A stretch of DNA of 64,000 bases from Xanthobacteraceae bacterium (GCA_035494115.1 DATJHH010000009.1:188470-252469), one strand, 5' to 3'; counted from the first letter of the stretch, positions 28,169-38,354 are shown. Notes: generated from the sequence alone by a model not told the origin. A program made the numbers and translations.

Positions 28169-29371
28169 CTAGATCGCGTCGAGCGCGGCGAGCAGATCCT
28201 CGACGACGTCATCGGGATGTTCAAGCCCGGCGGAAAAGCGCACCAGCCCGTCACTGATGCCGAGTTCGGCGCGCTGCTCCGGCGTGAGGCGCTGGTGCGT
28301 CGTCGTCGCCGGATGGGTGATCAGGCTTTTCGCGTCACCAAGATTGTTGGTGATGGTCACGAGCCGCAGCGCGTCGAGGAAACGGAACGCACCCGCGAGG
28401 CCGCCATCGACTTCGAAGGCAACCATCGTTGAGCCGCCCTTCATCTGCTTGCGCACGATCGCGGCCTGCGGATGATCCGGCCGGCCGGGATAGATGAGGC
28501 GCTTGATCTTGGCGTTCTCGACCAGAGAGACGGATACGGCCGCCGCCGTATCGGTCTGCCTGCGCACGCGCACGCCCAGCGTCTCGAGACCCTTGAGCAG
28601 CACCCAGGCATTGAACGGCGAGATCGAAGGTCCGGTCTGGCGCAGAAACTGGTGGATGTTGTCCTGGATGAATTTTTCCGACGCGAGGATGCAACCGCCG
28701 AGACAGCGGCCCTGTCCGTCGATGTGCTTGGTTGCGGAATAGACCACGCAGTCGGCGCCGAGCGCGAGCGGCGACTGCCATAGCGGCGTCGCGAAGACGT
28801 TATCGACCGTGAGCGTGGCGCCGGCCTCGTGTGCGATTTTTGCAACCTCGGCGATGTCGACGACGTCGAGCGTCGGATTGGTTGGAGATTCAAGGAAGAA
28901 AATTTTCGTGTTCGGCCGCACGGCCTCGCGCCACTGATTGAGGTCCTTGCCGTCGACCAGCGTCGAGGACACGCCAAAGCGCGGCAGCAGATCTTCGACG
29001 ATGTAGCGGCATGAGCCGAACAGCGCCTTGGCGGCGACGACATGATCGCCGGCTTTGACCTGGCCCATCAGCGCCGCGTTGACGGCTGCCATGCCGCTCG
29101 CCGTCGCGCGCGCCGATTCCGCGCCTTCGAGCGAGGCCATGCGCTGTTCGAACATCGAGACGGTGGGATTTGAAAAGCGCGAATAGAGGAAGCCCGGCGC
29201 ATCGCCCTTGAAGCGGGCCGCACATTCTTCCGCCGTGTCGTAAGCAAAGCCCTGGGTGAGAAACAGTGCCTCCGACGTTTCACCGAACTGCGACCGCAAC
29301 GTGCCGGCATGGACCATGCGGGTTTCGGGGCGATAGGTGCGATCGTTTGCAGCGGACTTTTCGACGGACAT
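28169..29371 (-). CDS. metZ: O-succinylhomoserine sulfhydrylase (Cys/Met-metabolism PLP enzyme)
   Basis: ATG at 29371 follows GAAGGAG with an 8-nt spacer. TRMVHAG...GFLYSRFSNPT...YSATKHIDGQGR PLP-lysine context. Confidence 0.85.
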   Translation of the reverse strand: MSVEKSAANDRTYRPETRMVHAGTLRSQFGETSEALFLTQGFAYDTAEECAARFKGDAPGFLYSRFSNPTVSMFEQRMASLEGAESARATASGMAAVNAALMGQVKAGDHVVAAKALFGSCRYIVEDLLPRFGVSSTLVDGKDLNQWREAVRPNTKIFFLESPTNPTLDVVDIAEVAKIAHEAGATLTVDNVFATPLWQSPLALGADCVVYSATKHIDGQGRCLGGCILASEKFIQDNIHQFLRQTGPSISPFNAWVLLKGLETLGVRVRRQTDTAAAVSVSLVENAKIKRLIYPGRPDHPQAAIVRKQMKGGSTMVAFEVDGGLAGAFRFLDALRLVTITNNLGDAKSLITHPATTTHQRLTPEQRAELGISDGLVRFSAGLEHPDDVVEDLLAALDAI

Positions 29372-29383
29372 GGGCGTGGCTCC

Positions 29384-29490
29384 TTCAGCCAATAAAAAAC
29401 CGGCCGGACAAATATCCAGGCCGGGCTCACATGTCCCCGGCCTGTTTAGCGATTTATTTAACGTGGCTGCAAGCCGGCCGGCTCAAATGA
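29384..29490 (-). promoter_or_regulatory. Candidate SAM-II riboswitch with a terminator/antiterminator platform in the metZ leader
   Basis: Minus strand reads ...TCATTTGAGCCGGCCGGCTTGCAGCCACGTTAAATAAATCGCTAAA. It is followed by a 9-bp hairpin CAGGCCGGG/CCCGGCCTG that competes with CCGGCC..GGCCGG-TTTTTT. Matches my memory of the SAM-II core (GGCUUGC..ACGUUAAA..CGCUAAA). Confidence 0.5.
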
Positions 29491-29594
29491 CCACGGGATA
29501 GCTGGCGTCATACGCCCCACCTCCCTTCCCGTCAAGGCGCGGCTGGGGTAGCAAATCAGGGCTGGCCGCAGCACAGATAAAGAGGGAAGACACC

Positions 29595-30698
29595 GTGCCG
29601 CTCGCCCTGTCCGACGACAAAGGCATCCTGCCGGACCGGCTGATCGCCGATCTCGCGCGCGCGGGCGGTATCCGCCCGGCCTATGATTTCGCGCCGGATC
29701 AGATTCAGCCGGCAAGCCTCGATCTGCGTCTCGGCAATGTGGCCTATCGCGTGCGCGCGAGCTTCCTGCCCGGCCCCGGCGCCACGGTGGAAGAACGCAT
29801 CACCCAGTTGAAGCTGCACGAGATCGCGCTCACCAATGGCGCGGTTTTGGAAACCGGCTGCGTCTATATCGTGCCGCTGCTGGAAAGCCTGACGCTGCCC
29901 GCCGACATCATGGCCTCGGCCAATCCGAAAAGCTCGACCGGACGTCTCGATGTCTTCACCCGCGTCATCGCCGACGAGACGCGCGGCTTCGATCGCATCG
30001 CCGCCGGTTATCACGGCCCGCTCTATGCTGAGATCAGTCCGAAAACATTTCCCATCCTGGTGCGCGAAGGATCGCGGCTGTCGCAGATCCGTTTCCGGCG
30101 CGGCCTTTGCACCCTCGATGCGACGGCGCTGGCCGCATTGCATGAACGCGAACGCCTCGTCGACAGCGACGATGCCGATCTGACCGACGGTGTCGCGGTC
30201 AGTGTCGATCTCTCCGGTCTCGGCCCCGGCGGTCTCGTCGGCTATCGCGCCAAGCGCCACACGGGTGTTGTCGATGTGGAACGCCGCGCCGGTTATGCGA
30301 TCGCCGATTTCTGGGAGCCGATGGCGGCACGCGCCGACCGCAGCCTCATTCTCGATCCCGACGAGTTTTACATTCTCGCCTCGAAGGAATCCGTGCAGGT
30401 GCCGCCGGCCTACGCCGCCGAGATGGTGCCGTTCGATCCGCTGGTCGGCGAATTCCGCGTGCACTATGCGGGCTTCTTCGATCCCGGATTTGGCTACGAA
30501 GGTTCTGGGGGGCGCGGCTCCCGCGCCGTCCTCGAAGTGCGCTCGCGCGAGGTGCCGTTCATCCTCGAGCACGGTCAGATCGTCGGCCGCCTCGTCTATG
30601 AAGCGATGCTGGCGCCACCGGAAACGCTCTACGGCAGCGGCATCGGCTCGAACTATCAGGCGCAGAGCTTGAAGCTCTCGAAGCATTTCAAGAGCTAG
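29595..30698 (+). CDS. 2'-deoxycytidine 5'-triphosphate deaminase-like protein (long, two-lobed alphaproteobacterial form)
   Basis: GTG start, 367 aa. IQPASLDLRLG...VYIVPL...NPKSSTGRLDVF and a second lobe with EFYILASKE.V.VP..YAAEM. Confidence 0.8.
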   Translation: MPLALSDDKGILPDRLIADLARAGGIRPAYDFAPDQIQPASLDLRLGNVAYRVRASFLPGPGATVEERITQLKLHEIALTNGAVLETGCVYIVPLLESLTLPADIMASANPKSSTGRLDVFTRVIADETRGFDRIAAGYHGPLYAEISPKTFPILVREGSRLSQIRFRRGLCTLDATALAALHERERLVDSDDADLTDGVAVSVDLSGLGPGGLVGYRAKRHTGVVDVERRAGYAIADFWEPMAARADRSLILDPDEFYILASKESVQVPPAYAAEMVPFDPLVGEFRVHYAGFFDPGFGYEGSGGRGSRAVLEVRSREVPFILEHGQIVGRLVYEAMLAPPETLYGSGIGSNYQAQSLKLSKHFKS

Positions 30699-30819
30699 AC
30701 AGGATTCGGCCAAGTTGGCGGCCCGCCAAGACGCTGATGCCCGCGCCGAGCGCGGGCACGACGTTTCAATGCAAACGAAAAACGCCCCAAAGCATTTTCT
30801 CGTCGGGCTAGGCCGCGGC

Positions 30820-30926
30820 CGTCATTCCGGGATGCGCGTTCTTTACGCGCAGGCCCGGAATCCATACTCACGGCGGTGGTTGTGGATTCCGGGCTCGCTC
30901 GCAAAGGCTCGCGCTCCGGAATGACG
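30820..30926. repeat. Nested-palindrome intergenic element (REP-like)
   Basis: Outer inverted repeat GTCATTCCGG (30821-30830) / CCGGAATGAC (30916-30925). Inner inverted repeat CCCGGAATCCA (30854-30864) / TGGATTCCGGG (30883-30893). Lies between convergent genes. Confidence 0.6.
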
Positions 30927-30939
30927 CGGTCGACTGCTG

Positions 30940-31989
30940 CTAGGCCTTGCCGGTCCACGCGCCGCCGAGCTGGTCCTTCACGTAAAGTTCTTCGATCAGC
31001 ATTTTTGCCGCCGCGATCAGCGGTACGGCAAAGGCGACGCCGAGCAGTCCGAACAGCGCGCCGAACAACAATTGTCCGCTCACGGCCAGTGCCGGCGGCA
31101 TGCGCACGGTGCGGTTCTGGATCAGTGGCGTCATCAGATTGGATTCCAGAAACTGGACGAAAATGTAGACGCCGAAACCGTAGAGCGCGAGCGTGAAGTC
31201 CTGTGACAGGCCGGCGAGGACAATGACGACGCCGGCGATGAAAGGCCCCAGCGTCGGAATGAATGCGAGGAGGCCGGCCTGCAACGACAACAGCGTCGGA
31301 TAGGGCATGCCGATCAACAGCAGGGCGGGCCACGTGAACAGAAAGACAGCAGCCACCGTCACGCATTGGCCAAGGAGCCAGAGCCGCATGACATCGCCGA
31401 CCTTTTCCAGAACGGCGTTGAGGCGCGGCCGCTTCTCCTTGGGGATCAGGCTGAGAATGCCGATCTTGTAGGCCAGCGGATCGGCGGCGAAGAACGCGCC
31501 GAGAAAAATGATCGCGATCAGCGATGTAATCGCGCCGAGCGCACCGCTCAGGACCTGCTTCGCGCTGCCGAAGACGAAGCTCGCGCTTGGCAAGAGGTCC
31601 TGGATATTGACCGAGCCCGGCGGTACGAGGCCGTTTCCTCCCTCATTGAGGAAATTGTTGAACCGCGTGAACAGCCCCTGCATTGCATGCAGGAATTGCC
31701 CAGCCTGCTGCAGTAACGTCGTCCCGCCCCAGAACAGAAAGCCGACCCCCAGGACACCCATCAGCAGCACCGTGATCATGAGGCTGACGATGCGCGGCAA
31801 CGGGGGACACAGATATTTAAGACCGCGCACGCCGGCATCGATCACCACCGCCGCCAGAATGCCGATGAGAACGATCAGGATTTCGTTCGCGGCATACCAC
31901 AGGATGAACAGGCAGACGGTGAATGTCGCGACGACGGCGCTGATGAGGGCCGTCTTGCGTGCGGTCGTCTGCGTCTGAGCCGTTGCCAT
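30940..31989 (-). CDS. AI-2E family transporter (PerM/UPF0118)
   Basis: 349 aa, ~8 TM segments. Conserved C-terminal ...LFGLLGVAFAVPLIAA... Confidence 0.8.
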   Translation of the reverse strand: MATAQTQTTARKTALISAVVATFTVCLFILWYAANEILIVLIGILAAVVIDAGVRGLKYLCPPLPRIVSLMITVLLMGVLGVGFLFWGGTTLLQQAGQFLHAMQGLFTRFNNFLNEGGNGLVPPGSVNIQDLLPSASFVFGSAKQVLSGALGAITSLIAIIFLGAFFAADPLAYKIGILSLIPKEKRPRLNAVLEKVGDVMRLWLLGQCVTVAAVFLFTWPALLLIGMPYPTLLSLQAGLLAFIPTLGPFIAGVVIVLAGLSQDFTLALYGFGVYIFVQFLESNLMTPLIQNRTVRMPPALAVSGQLLFGALFGLLGVAFAVPLIAAAKMLIEELYVKDQLGGAWTGKA

Positions 31990-32328
31990 GAGGCCTCTTT
32001 AAAATCGGCGCGGCCGGTGGCGGCGCGGCGGTCAAGCGCGCGATCCTACGCGTATTTGGATCGGGCGAAAGACATTCATGCGACATTTCGCGCACTGGCG
32101 CCCTCTGGCGTCGCCCGGCGCCGCCCGTCATGTCTGCATCTGCCGGCATTCGTCAAATACGCAACAAAATGCCATCTTCCGCGAACGCGGAGGCAGTTGC
32201 TTATCCGCGTCGCTCTCCACTAGTATTCCGGCGAGGCGTTGCCTTGGGTTGCAACGATTGCATGCCAGCTCCCGCAACGCGGATCGACAACAATAACGCG
32301 CCGGAACTGGCGCGATCAGGAGAAGCCG

Positions 32329-33132
32329 ATGTTCGCCAAAATCAATCATCTCGCGATCTGCACCAATGATTACGCGACCAATGCGCGCTTCTATCAGGCC
32401 TTGTTCGGGATGAAGGCCTCCAACGTCCAGCGCCCGGCACGTGCGGCGCCGGTGGGTGACGGCCAGATCGGCCTCAACAACATTCCCCTGCGTGACGGGC
32501 GGCGCAGCGGGCTCGATCATTTTGGCTTCGAGGTCGAGAGCATTCGGCTGGCGCTCGAACGCATGAAGAAATTCGACCCCGATCTGCCCTATGTCGAGCG
32601 CCCTTCGATCCGGCCGAACGCCGCCTGGAGCGCTGCTGATCATGACATGATCATCTACGACCTGGCGGAGCGCAATTCCGGCAAGGCGGCTGATATTTTC
32701 GCGGAAAATAGCGGCGAGCTGCCGCAGCGCTACATCAATCACGTCGCCCTGCGATCGCGGAATCCCGAGCGCAGCGCCGATTTTTATTCGACCGTTTATG
32801 AATTGCAGGTCTCGAACGAGAATGAAGATGGCAATTACCGGCTCAGCGACGGCCGCGTCACGCTGCTGATCATGCCGTGGAAGATGGAGAATTTCATCGG
32901 CCAGGATCCCGAGCCGCCGCGTCTCGATCATTTTGGCTTCAAGGTGGAAAGCGTCGAGACCTTCAAGAAGGACATGGACGAGCTGATCGGCTTCAATCCG
33001 AAGATGGTCACCAAGCCGCTCGGCTACGGTGCCGAAGGCAAGGCGCGGCTGGACGTTTTCAAGCAGTGTCCGATCGGCGAATTCCAGCTCACCGACATCG
33101 AAGGCACCTATATCGACGTCACCGAGCACTGA
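32329..33132 (+). CDS. Two-domain VOC (glyoxalase/extradiol dioxygenase-fold) protein
   Basis: ATG at 32329 follows AGGAGAAG. Repeated INHLAI / LDHFGFEV / INHVAL / LDHFGFKV beta-alpha-beta modules. Confidence 0.75.
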   Translation: MFAKINHLAICTNDYATNARFYQALFGMKASNVQRPARAAPVGDGQIGLNNIPLRDGRRSGLDHFGFEVESIRLALERMKKFDPDLPYVERPSIRPNAAWSAADHDMIIYDLAERNSGKAADIFAENSGELPQRYINHVALRSRNPERSADFYSTVYELQVSNENEDGNYRLSDGRVTLLIMPWKMENFIGQDPEPPRLDHFGFKVESVETFKKDMDELIGFNPKMVTKPLGYGAEGKARLDVFKQCPIGEFQLTDIEGTYIDVTEH

Positions 33133-33233
33133 ATGTGATCCGCGAGCGCGGCGCTCCAATCGAAAAGCGATAACAATGGCGACGGCGCGGGTATTCGATG
33201 CCCGCGCGGATCGACGCTAACGGAGAGAAAACA

Positions 33234-34316
33234 ATGTCCTGTCTTTCGTGTCTCTTGCGTGTGTTTGGCGCGCGCCGCGTCTCTGCCGTGGCGGCGTTCG
33301 CCGCCGTTGCGATGCTCGCCGCCGGCATGACGATGGCGCAGGCTGATCCGGTGGCGGATTTCTATCGCGGCAAGTCGATCACGATCATCGTTTCGGCGGG
33401 GGCTGGCGGTGGTTTCGACACCAATGCGCGCATGGTCGCGCGTTTCTACGGCAAGCATATCCCCGGCCATCCGACGATTCTGGTCAAGAACATGCCGGGT
33501 GGCGGGCATCTCGTGGCCGCCAATTATCTTTACAATCGCGCCCCGAAAGACGGCACTTATCTCGGCACGCTGTTGCCCGCCTTCGTCTCCTATCAGGTGC
33601 TCGATGGACGGCAGGTGGAATATGATGCGGCGAAGTTCGCGTGGATCGGCGCGAGCGACGTCGACAACATGAATCTTTATGTCTGGCACACGACCGGCGT
33701 CACCTCGATGGAGGGAGCGAAGAAGCAGGTCCTGCTCATGGGCGCGACCGGTGCGGGGTCCTACACGGAGCTGTTCCCGACGCTGATGAACAATCTGATC
33801 GGCACGAAATTCAAGATCGTGTCGGGCTACAAGAGCACCAACGAAATCCACATCGCGATGGAGCGCGGCGAGGTGCAGGGCCGGGCGGGCAACTTCTTCA
33901 CCAGCCTCGAGACCAATAATCCCGACTGGCTGGCGGAGAAGAAGATCAACATCCTGATGCAGATCGGCCGCACGCGCGATCCGAACTACAAGGATATTCC
34001 GCTGATGACCGAACTTGCAACCAATGACGACGACCGCCGCGTGCTCGCCGTCTATTCCGGCGACGTCGCGCTCGGGCGTTCGTTCCTCGCGCCGCCGGGC
34101 GTGCCCGCCGATCGCATCGCCGCGCTGCGCAAGGCCTTCGACGAGACCATGGCCGACCCCGACTTCCGCGCCGAGGCCAAGAAGGTCAACATGTCAGTGC
34201 GGCCGCTCAACGCGGCCGAGCTGACCGACGCGGCGTCGGAAATCCTCTCCACCCCGCCGGCTTTGATCGAGAAGGCCAAGAAGGCCAAGCTCGGCGCCAG
34301 CGAAGCCAAGAAATAA
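33234..34316 (+). CDS. Bug/TctC-family substrate-binding protein
   Basis: ATG at 33234 follows GGAGAG. Signal peptide ends MAQAD. DFYRGK...GGGFD...[13 protein letters not shown]. Confidence 0.8.
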   Translation: MSCLSCLLRVFGARRVSAVAAFAAVAMLAAGMTMAQADPVADFYRGKSITIIVSAGAGGGFDTNARMVARFYGKHIPGHPTILVKNMPGGGHLVAANYLYNRAPKDGTYLGTLLPAFVSYQVLDGRQVEYDAAKFAWIGASDVDNMNLYVWHTTGVTSMEGAKKQVLLMGATGAGSYTELFPTLMNNLIGTKFKIVSGYKSTNEIHIAMERGEVQGRAGNFFTSLETNNPDWLAEKKINILMQIGRTRDPNYKDIPLMTELATNDDDRRVLAVYSGDVALGRSFLAPPGVPADRIAALRKAFDETMADPDFRAEAKKVNMSVRPLNAAELTDAASEILSTPPALIEKAKKAKLGASEAKK

Positions 34317-34510
34317 CAAGAGGCGACGAGAACAAGAACGAGCAGGCGGGCCCCGGACAGACGAGCCGCAGCGCGATATTGGCCTTTCGGCCAATCTGGA
34401 TGCGCCAGACCGGCACCGTACGCCGCTGTCCACAGTGTAATTGTGCACACTCGCCGCAGACTGATATCCTCCGTCTTGCATGCTTTGCGCGGTCCAGCCA
34501 GGCGGAGGAT

Positions 34511-34936
34511 ATGATGCTTGAGGACTTCAAAAAATTCGCAGTGAAGGGAAACGTCGTCGATCTCGCCGTGGCCGTGATCATCGGCGCGGCGTTCGGCGCC
34601 ATCGTCGCGTCGCTTGTCGCCGACCTGGTCATGCCGATCATCGGGGCAATCACCGGCGGTCTCGACTTCTCGAACTACTTCATTCCGCTGTCGAGCAAGG
34701 TCAATGCGCTGACCTATGCCGATGCGCAGAAGCAGGGCGCGGTTCTCGGCTACGGCAGATTCCTCACGGTGGCTGTCAATTTTGCCATCATCGCGTTCAT
34801 CATGTTTCTCGCCGTCAGAGGCATCAATTCCCTGAAGAAGGCGGAAGCGGCCAAGCCCGACCCGGAGCCGCCGGCCGACGTCAAGCTGCTCACGGAAATC
34901 CGTGATCTGCTCGCCCGGCAAAGGAGCGCTGTCTGA
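34511..34936 (+). CDS. mscL: Large-conductance mechanosensitive channel
   Basis: [40 protein letters not shown]. Confidence 0.9.
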   Translation: MMLEDFKKFAVKGNVVDLAVAVIIGAAFGAIVASLVADLVMPIIGAITGGLDFSNYFIPLSSKVNALTYADAQKQGAVLGYGRFLTVAVNFAIIAFIMFLAVRGINSLKKAEAAKPDPEPPADVKLLTEIRDLLARQRSAV

Positions 34937-35077
34937 GCGGCACGTTGCCGTCGGCAAAAATCTTCCGAGCAAGACGCGGCGGATGCATGGTTTGCATCCG
35001 CCCCCGCTGGGACTTCGATCCGGCTTGCTGAATCGGATTTGTCGTTTATTTTGTTGTCGGGTATGACAGACGACCCT

Positions 35078-35152
35078 GCGGGCGTAGTTCAGTGGTAGAA
35101 CGACAGCTTCCCAAGCTGTATGTCGTGAGTTCGATTCTCATCGCCCGCTCCA
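35078..35152 (+). tRNA. tRNA-Gly (anticodon CCC)
   Basis: Hand-folded: acceptor GCGGGCG/CGCCCGC, D arm GTTC..GAAC, anticodon arm ACAGC-TTCCCAA-GCTGT, T arm GTGAG-TTCGATT-CTCAT, encoded CCA. Confidence 0.95.
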
Positions 35153-35341
35153 ACATTCCCAGAATGAAGTGGAGCGAGATCAAGGTTTCGCTCCAGACCG
35201 GCAGTTTTGATACGCCAGGGGCCAGGCCAAGGTCGTTTTTGGCGGCAGCGTTCTTGCCGCCGGTGGGCTAACATTCCGACGTTCAATCGATCTAAATTGC
35301 TGGCGTGACCTCAATTCACCCATGTTGCCCAGGGGATAATC

Positions 35342-36319
35342 ATGATGTTTCTCCGCCGACAATTTCTGTATCTGGCTGCGGGTGCCGCCGTTCTCCCGGC
35401 AGCGTCTCTGGTTGCAAAGGCGCAATCCTATCCAACGCGGCCGGTCCACATCGTTGTCGGGTTTGCGGCTGGCGGTGGGGTCGACATTACCGCGCGCCTG
35501 ATCGGTCAGTGGCTTTCCGATCGGCTCGGCCAGAACTTCATTGTCGATGACAGGCCAGGAGCCGGAGGCAACATCGGAACGGATTTAGTCGTGAATGCGC
35601 GGCCTGACGGATATTCGCTCCTCCTCGCCACAGTCCCTAACGCTGTCAATGCGACGCTTTACGACAAGCTCAGTTTCAATTTCATCCGTGACATCGCGCC
35701 GGTCGGCGGCATCATTCGCGTCCCGATGGTCATGCTGGTGAATCCCTCTGTCCCGGCCAAGACAGTTCCCGAATTCATCGCCTACGCCAAAGCCAATCCA
35801 GACAAAATCAACATGGCCTCGGCCGGCATTGGCAGCGCGCCGCACATGGCTGGTGAACTGTTCAATGTCATGGCCGGCGTAAAAATGGTTCACGTCCCTT
35901 ATCGCGGCCAAGGTCCCGCTCTCACTGATTTGCTTGCCGGTCAGGTGCAAGTCCTGTTTGCCACCACGCCGGGGACGGGCGAATACATCAAAACCGGTAA
36001 ACTGCGGGCGCTTGCAGTAACCACTGCGGCGCGGGTGGAGGTGCTGCCGGACCTGCCGACAGTGGGAGATTTCGTACCGGATTACGAAGCGAGCCAGTGG
36101 TATGGGATCGGCGCGCCGAAAAACATACCCGCTGACATTGTCGGCACTCTGAACAAAGAGATCAACGCGGCTCTTGCCGACCCAAAAATGAAGGCGCGGC
36201 TTGCCACGATAGGCGGCGTGCCGCTCCCCGGATCGCCCTCGGATTTCGGCAAGCTCATCGTCGAGGAAACAGAGAAGTGGGCCAAGGTCGTGAAGTTTGC
36301 GGGCATGAAGTCGCAGTAA
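35342..36319 (+). CDS. Bug/TctC-family substrate-binding protein (classical subfamily)
   Basis: Tat-like N-terminus MMFLRRQFLYLAAGAAVLPAAS. YPTRPV.IVVGFAAGGG.D..AR and DRPGAGGNIG. Confidence 0.85.
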   Translation: MMFLRRQFLYLAAGAAVLPAASLVAKAQSYPTRPVHIVVGFAAGGGVDITARLIGQWLSDRLGQNFIVDDRPGAGGNIGTDLVVNARPDGYSLLLATVPNAVNATLYDKLSFNFIRDIAPVGGIIRVPMVMLVNPSVPAKTVPEFIAYAKANPDKINMASAGIGSAPHMAGELFNVMAGVKMVHVPYRGQGPALTDLLAGQVQVLFATTPGTGEYIKTGKLRALAVTTAARVEVLPDLPTVGDFVPDYEASQWYGIGAPKNIPADIVGTLNKEINAALADPKMKARLATIGGVPLPGSPSDFGKLIVEETEKWAKVVKFAGMKSQ

Positions 36320-36391
36320 CCCGGCCGCCCGACAAGCTTGTGGTCCCGGAGCCGCTGCGAGGATGAAGCGCGGGCATGTGCGCTTATCCGC

Positions 36392-36733
36392 TCAATAGCG
36401 ATTGACGATATCCTTAACCTCGGCCTTGTCCTTCGGTGACAGCGACGTCAAAACCTTGTCGATCGCCTGCTGGGCTGCCGGGCCGTCGCGGAAATCGATG
36501 GAGCGCTGCGTGCGTTCGGCTTGCGGAATATGCGGCCTCCGGACTGCGATCCGGAAGCACGTTGCCACGGTGCAGGGGTATGCCCTCCAGTCCTGATCAC
36601 ACGACTGGCCCCGTGAAATTTTGCGGGGATACGCAAGATTTGCTTGTGGCTTTGCGGCCGGAAGGCGATGATCCGCGTCACGTCGGCTCATGATGTTCGG
36701 GTCGGTAGCGGCGATGCGGAAGGTTCTCGACAC
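36392..36733 (-). CDS. Hypothetical protein (start uncertain; only the C-terminal ~55 codons show clear G/C third-position bias)
   Basis: High GC3 across ...IPQAERTQRSIDFRDGPAAQQAIDKVLTSLSPKDKAEVKDIVNRY. No recognisable family. Confidence 0.25.
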   Translation of the reverse strand: MSRTFRIAATDPNIMSRRDADHRLPAAKPQANLAYPRKISRGQSCDQDWRAYPCTVATCFRIAVRRPHIPQAERTQRSIDFRDGPAAQQAIDKVLTSLSPKDKAEVKDIVNRY

Positions 36734-36749
36734 AACCGGTGGGGAAAGA

Positions 36750-37184
36750 ATGTTGAGATCGTTTTCGGTAGTGGTGAGCGTCGTTCTGTTGCTGGCCCAA
36801 GTGACGACCGCAGGGGCGGTGGTCAGGATCGGCGACGATCGCGGCGGCCAGATTGGCCCTTATCTCAGCCGCTTCGCCAGCGTCCGCAATTCCGGGGAAC
36901 TGGTGATGATCGACGGGCCGTGCCTGTCGGCGTGTACGCTCATCGTCGGCGCGGTGCCGCCGGATCGGATTTGCGTGACCAAGCGGGCTAGCCTCGGCTT
37001 TCATGCGGCGTGGAATTTCGCCACCAGCGGCCAGCCGGTTTTCAGTCCGGAAGGCACACGGCTGTTGTGGGAGCTATATCCGCCCGCCGTGCGCCGCTGG
37101 ATCAAGCGTCGCGGCGGGCTGACGCCGCATATGATCTTCCTCCGCGGCTCCGAACTCGCGCACATGTATCGCCTTTGCCGCTGA
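36750..37184 (+). CDS. Hypothetical secreted protein
   Basis: Start at MLRSFSVVVSVVLLLAQVTTAGA (signal-like). Cys-containing mature region. No family recognised. Confidence 0.5.
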   Translation: MLRSFSVVVSVVLLLAQVTTAGAVVRIGDDRGGQIGPYLSRFASVRNSGELVMIDGPCLSACTLIVGAVPPDRICVTKRASLGFHAAWNFATSGQPVFSPEGTRLLWELYPPAVRRWIKRRGGLTPHMIFLRGSELAHMYRLCR

Positions 37185-37377
37185 CCGAACGGCAGGCCCG
37201 GACATCGTCTGGTCGCAAAAGCCGTATCCACTTTTGCTCAAGAAGCGCTAAAATCGAACCGTGGCGGTCTGCGGTCGTGAACTGCTGTCTCCTGCCGCTA
37301 CCCCACACCAAGGCCGGTCCGCGCCCGTGCGGGCGATGCCGGTTAGTCTTAAATCTTGGCCCCGATGCCGCATACCG

Positions 37378-37602
37378 ATGCCCGATGAAGCGACCATAAA
37401 GCATGCCGCCGCACCGCGGACGATGCCGGGAGCGACGGCTTCCGACGTTTCCGGGTCAGGCTTTTGGCTCAACTCCTGGCCGCTTGTCGTGGCCGGGGTG
37501 GTCGGCGTTGCGCTGCTGGCCCTCACCGGAATGCTCTGGGCGCATTATGGCACCGCCGTCTTCTACGAGACGATCCTCGCCGGATTGGCCGCCTGTTTTT
37601 GA
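37378..37602 (+). CDS. Small hypothetical membrane protein upstream of the SCO gene
   Basis: 74 aa from the ATG at 37378. One clear TM segment, WPLVVAGVVGVALLALTGMLW. Confidence 0.35.
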   Translation: MPDEATIKHAAAPRTMPGATASDVSGSGFWLNSWPLVVAGVVGVALLALTGMLWAHYGTAVFYETILAGLAACF

Positions 37603-37644
37603 CCGTCGCCTCGCTCAGCAACTCCTGATTTTGAAGAATCGAAG

Positions 37645-38235
37645 ATGATCAGCAATCAGTCACGCATGCTCGTTGTCCTGGTTTCGTTTGTGGCCGGCCT
37701 CGGCGTCAGCCTTGGACTGCTGTTCTTCGTCACCGGGACCGGATCGGTCCCGCCGCCGGCCTCGGCCATCGGCGGTCCGTTCCACCTCGTCGATCAGGAC
37801 AACAAGCCGATCAGCGATGCCGATCTCAAGGGCAAACCGTCATTGGTTTTTTTCGGCTATACGCATTGCCCCGACGTCTGCCCGACGACGCTGTTCGACA
37901 TTTCCGAAATCTTTCGCGCGCTGGGCAAGGACGCGGACAAGGTCAATGCGTTGTTTGTCACCGTCGATCCGGAGCGCGACACGCCGGCGGTGCTCAAGGA
38001 TTATCTTTCGGCCTTCGACCCGCATCTCAAGGCGGCGGCCGGCGATGCCGCTGCAACGGCCGCAGTCGAGAAGGCGTTTCGCGTCTATGCAAAAAAAGTC
38101 CCGGCCGAAGGCGGCTATACGATGGATCATACCGCCATCGTCTATCTCATGGACAAGGACGGAAACTTTGTGTCGCCGTTCAATCTGAACCGCAAGCCCG
38201 ACGAATCGGCTGCCGCGCTGAAGAAATATATTTGA
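37645..38235 (+). CDS. SCO1/SenC-family copper chaperone
   Basis: N-terminal TM anchor and FFGYTHCPDVCPTTL CxxxC motif in a thioredoxin fold. Confidence 0.9.
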   Translation: MISNQSRMLVVLVSFVAGLGVSLGLLFFVTGTGSVPPPASAIGGPFHLVDQDNKPISDADLKGKPSLVFFGYTHCPDVCPTTLFDISEIFRALGKDADKVNALFVTVDPERDTPAVLKDYLSAFDPHLKAAAGDAAATAAVEKAFRVYAKKVPAEGGYTMDHTAIVYLMDKDGNFVSPFNLNRKPDESAAALKKYI

Positions 38236-38354
38236 GCGGCGGATGCCATGCCGTACGGCTCGCGCGGATAAGAAAACCGCCCCGCCGCCGGTTATGGCGC
38301 GGAGCGGTTGATGATGTCGCACGAGCCTGTGTGGTTCGCGCCGATACCGCTTGA

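Noticed and set aside
29595-30698. dCTP-deaminase-like gene as a possible anti-phage nucleotide-depletion defence
   Set aside because: It lies in the high-GC core next to metZ with no mobile or defence neighbours. The 367-aa two-lobed form is, as far as I recall, a conserved housekeeping gene in alphaproteobacteria.
34979-35001. 9-bp-stem hairpin GCGGATGCA-TGGTT-TGCATCCGC after mscL, considered as a terminator
   Set aside because: No T-tract follows it (the next bases are CCCCGCTGGG). It may still stabilise the transcript, but it cannot be called an intrinsic terminator from sequence alone.
35078-35152. tRNA-Gly as the attachment site of the integrase island
   Set aside because: The integrase is 4.6 kb away. 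The intervening genes (TctC, SCO1 and others) have core-like composition, and only an 8-bp AACATTCC repeat was seen nearby, which is not significant.
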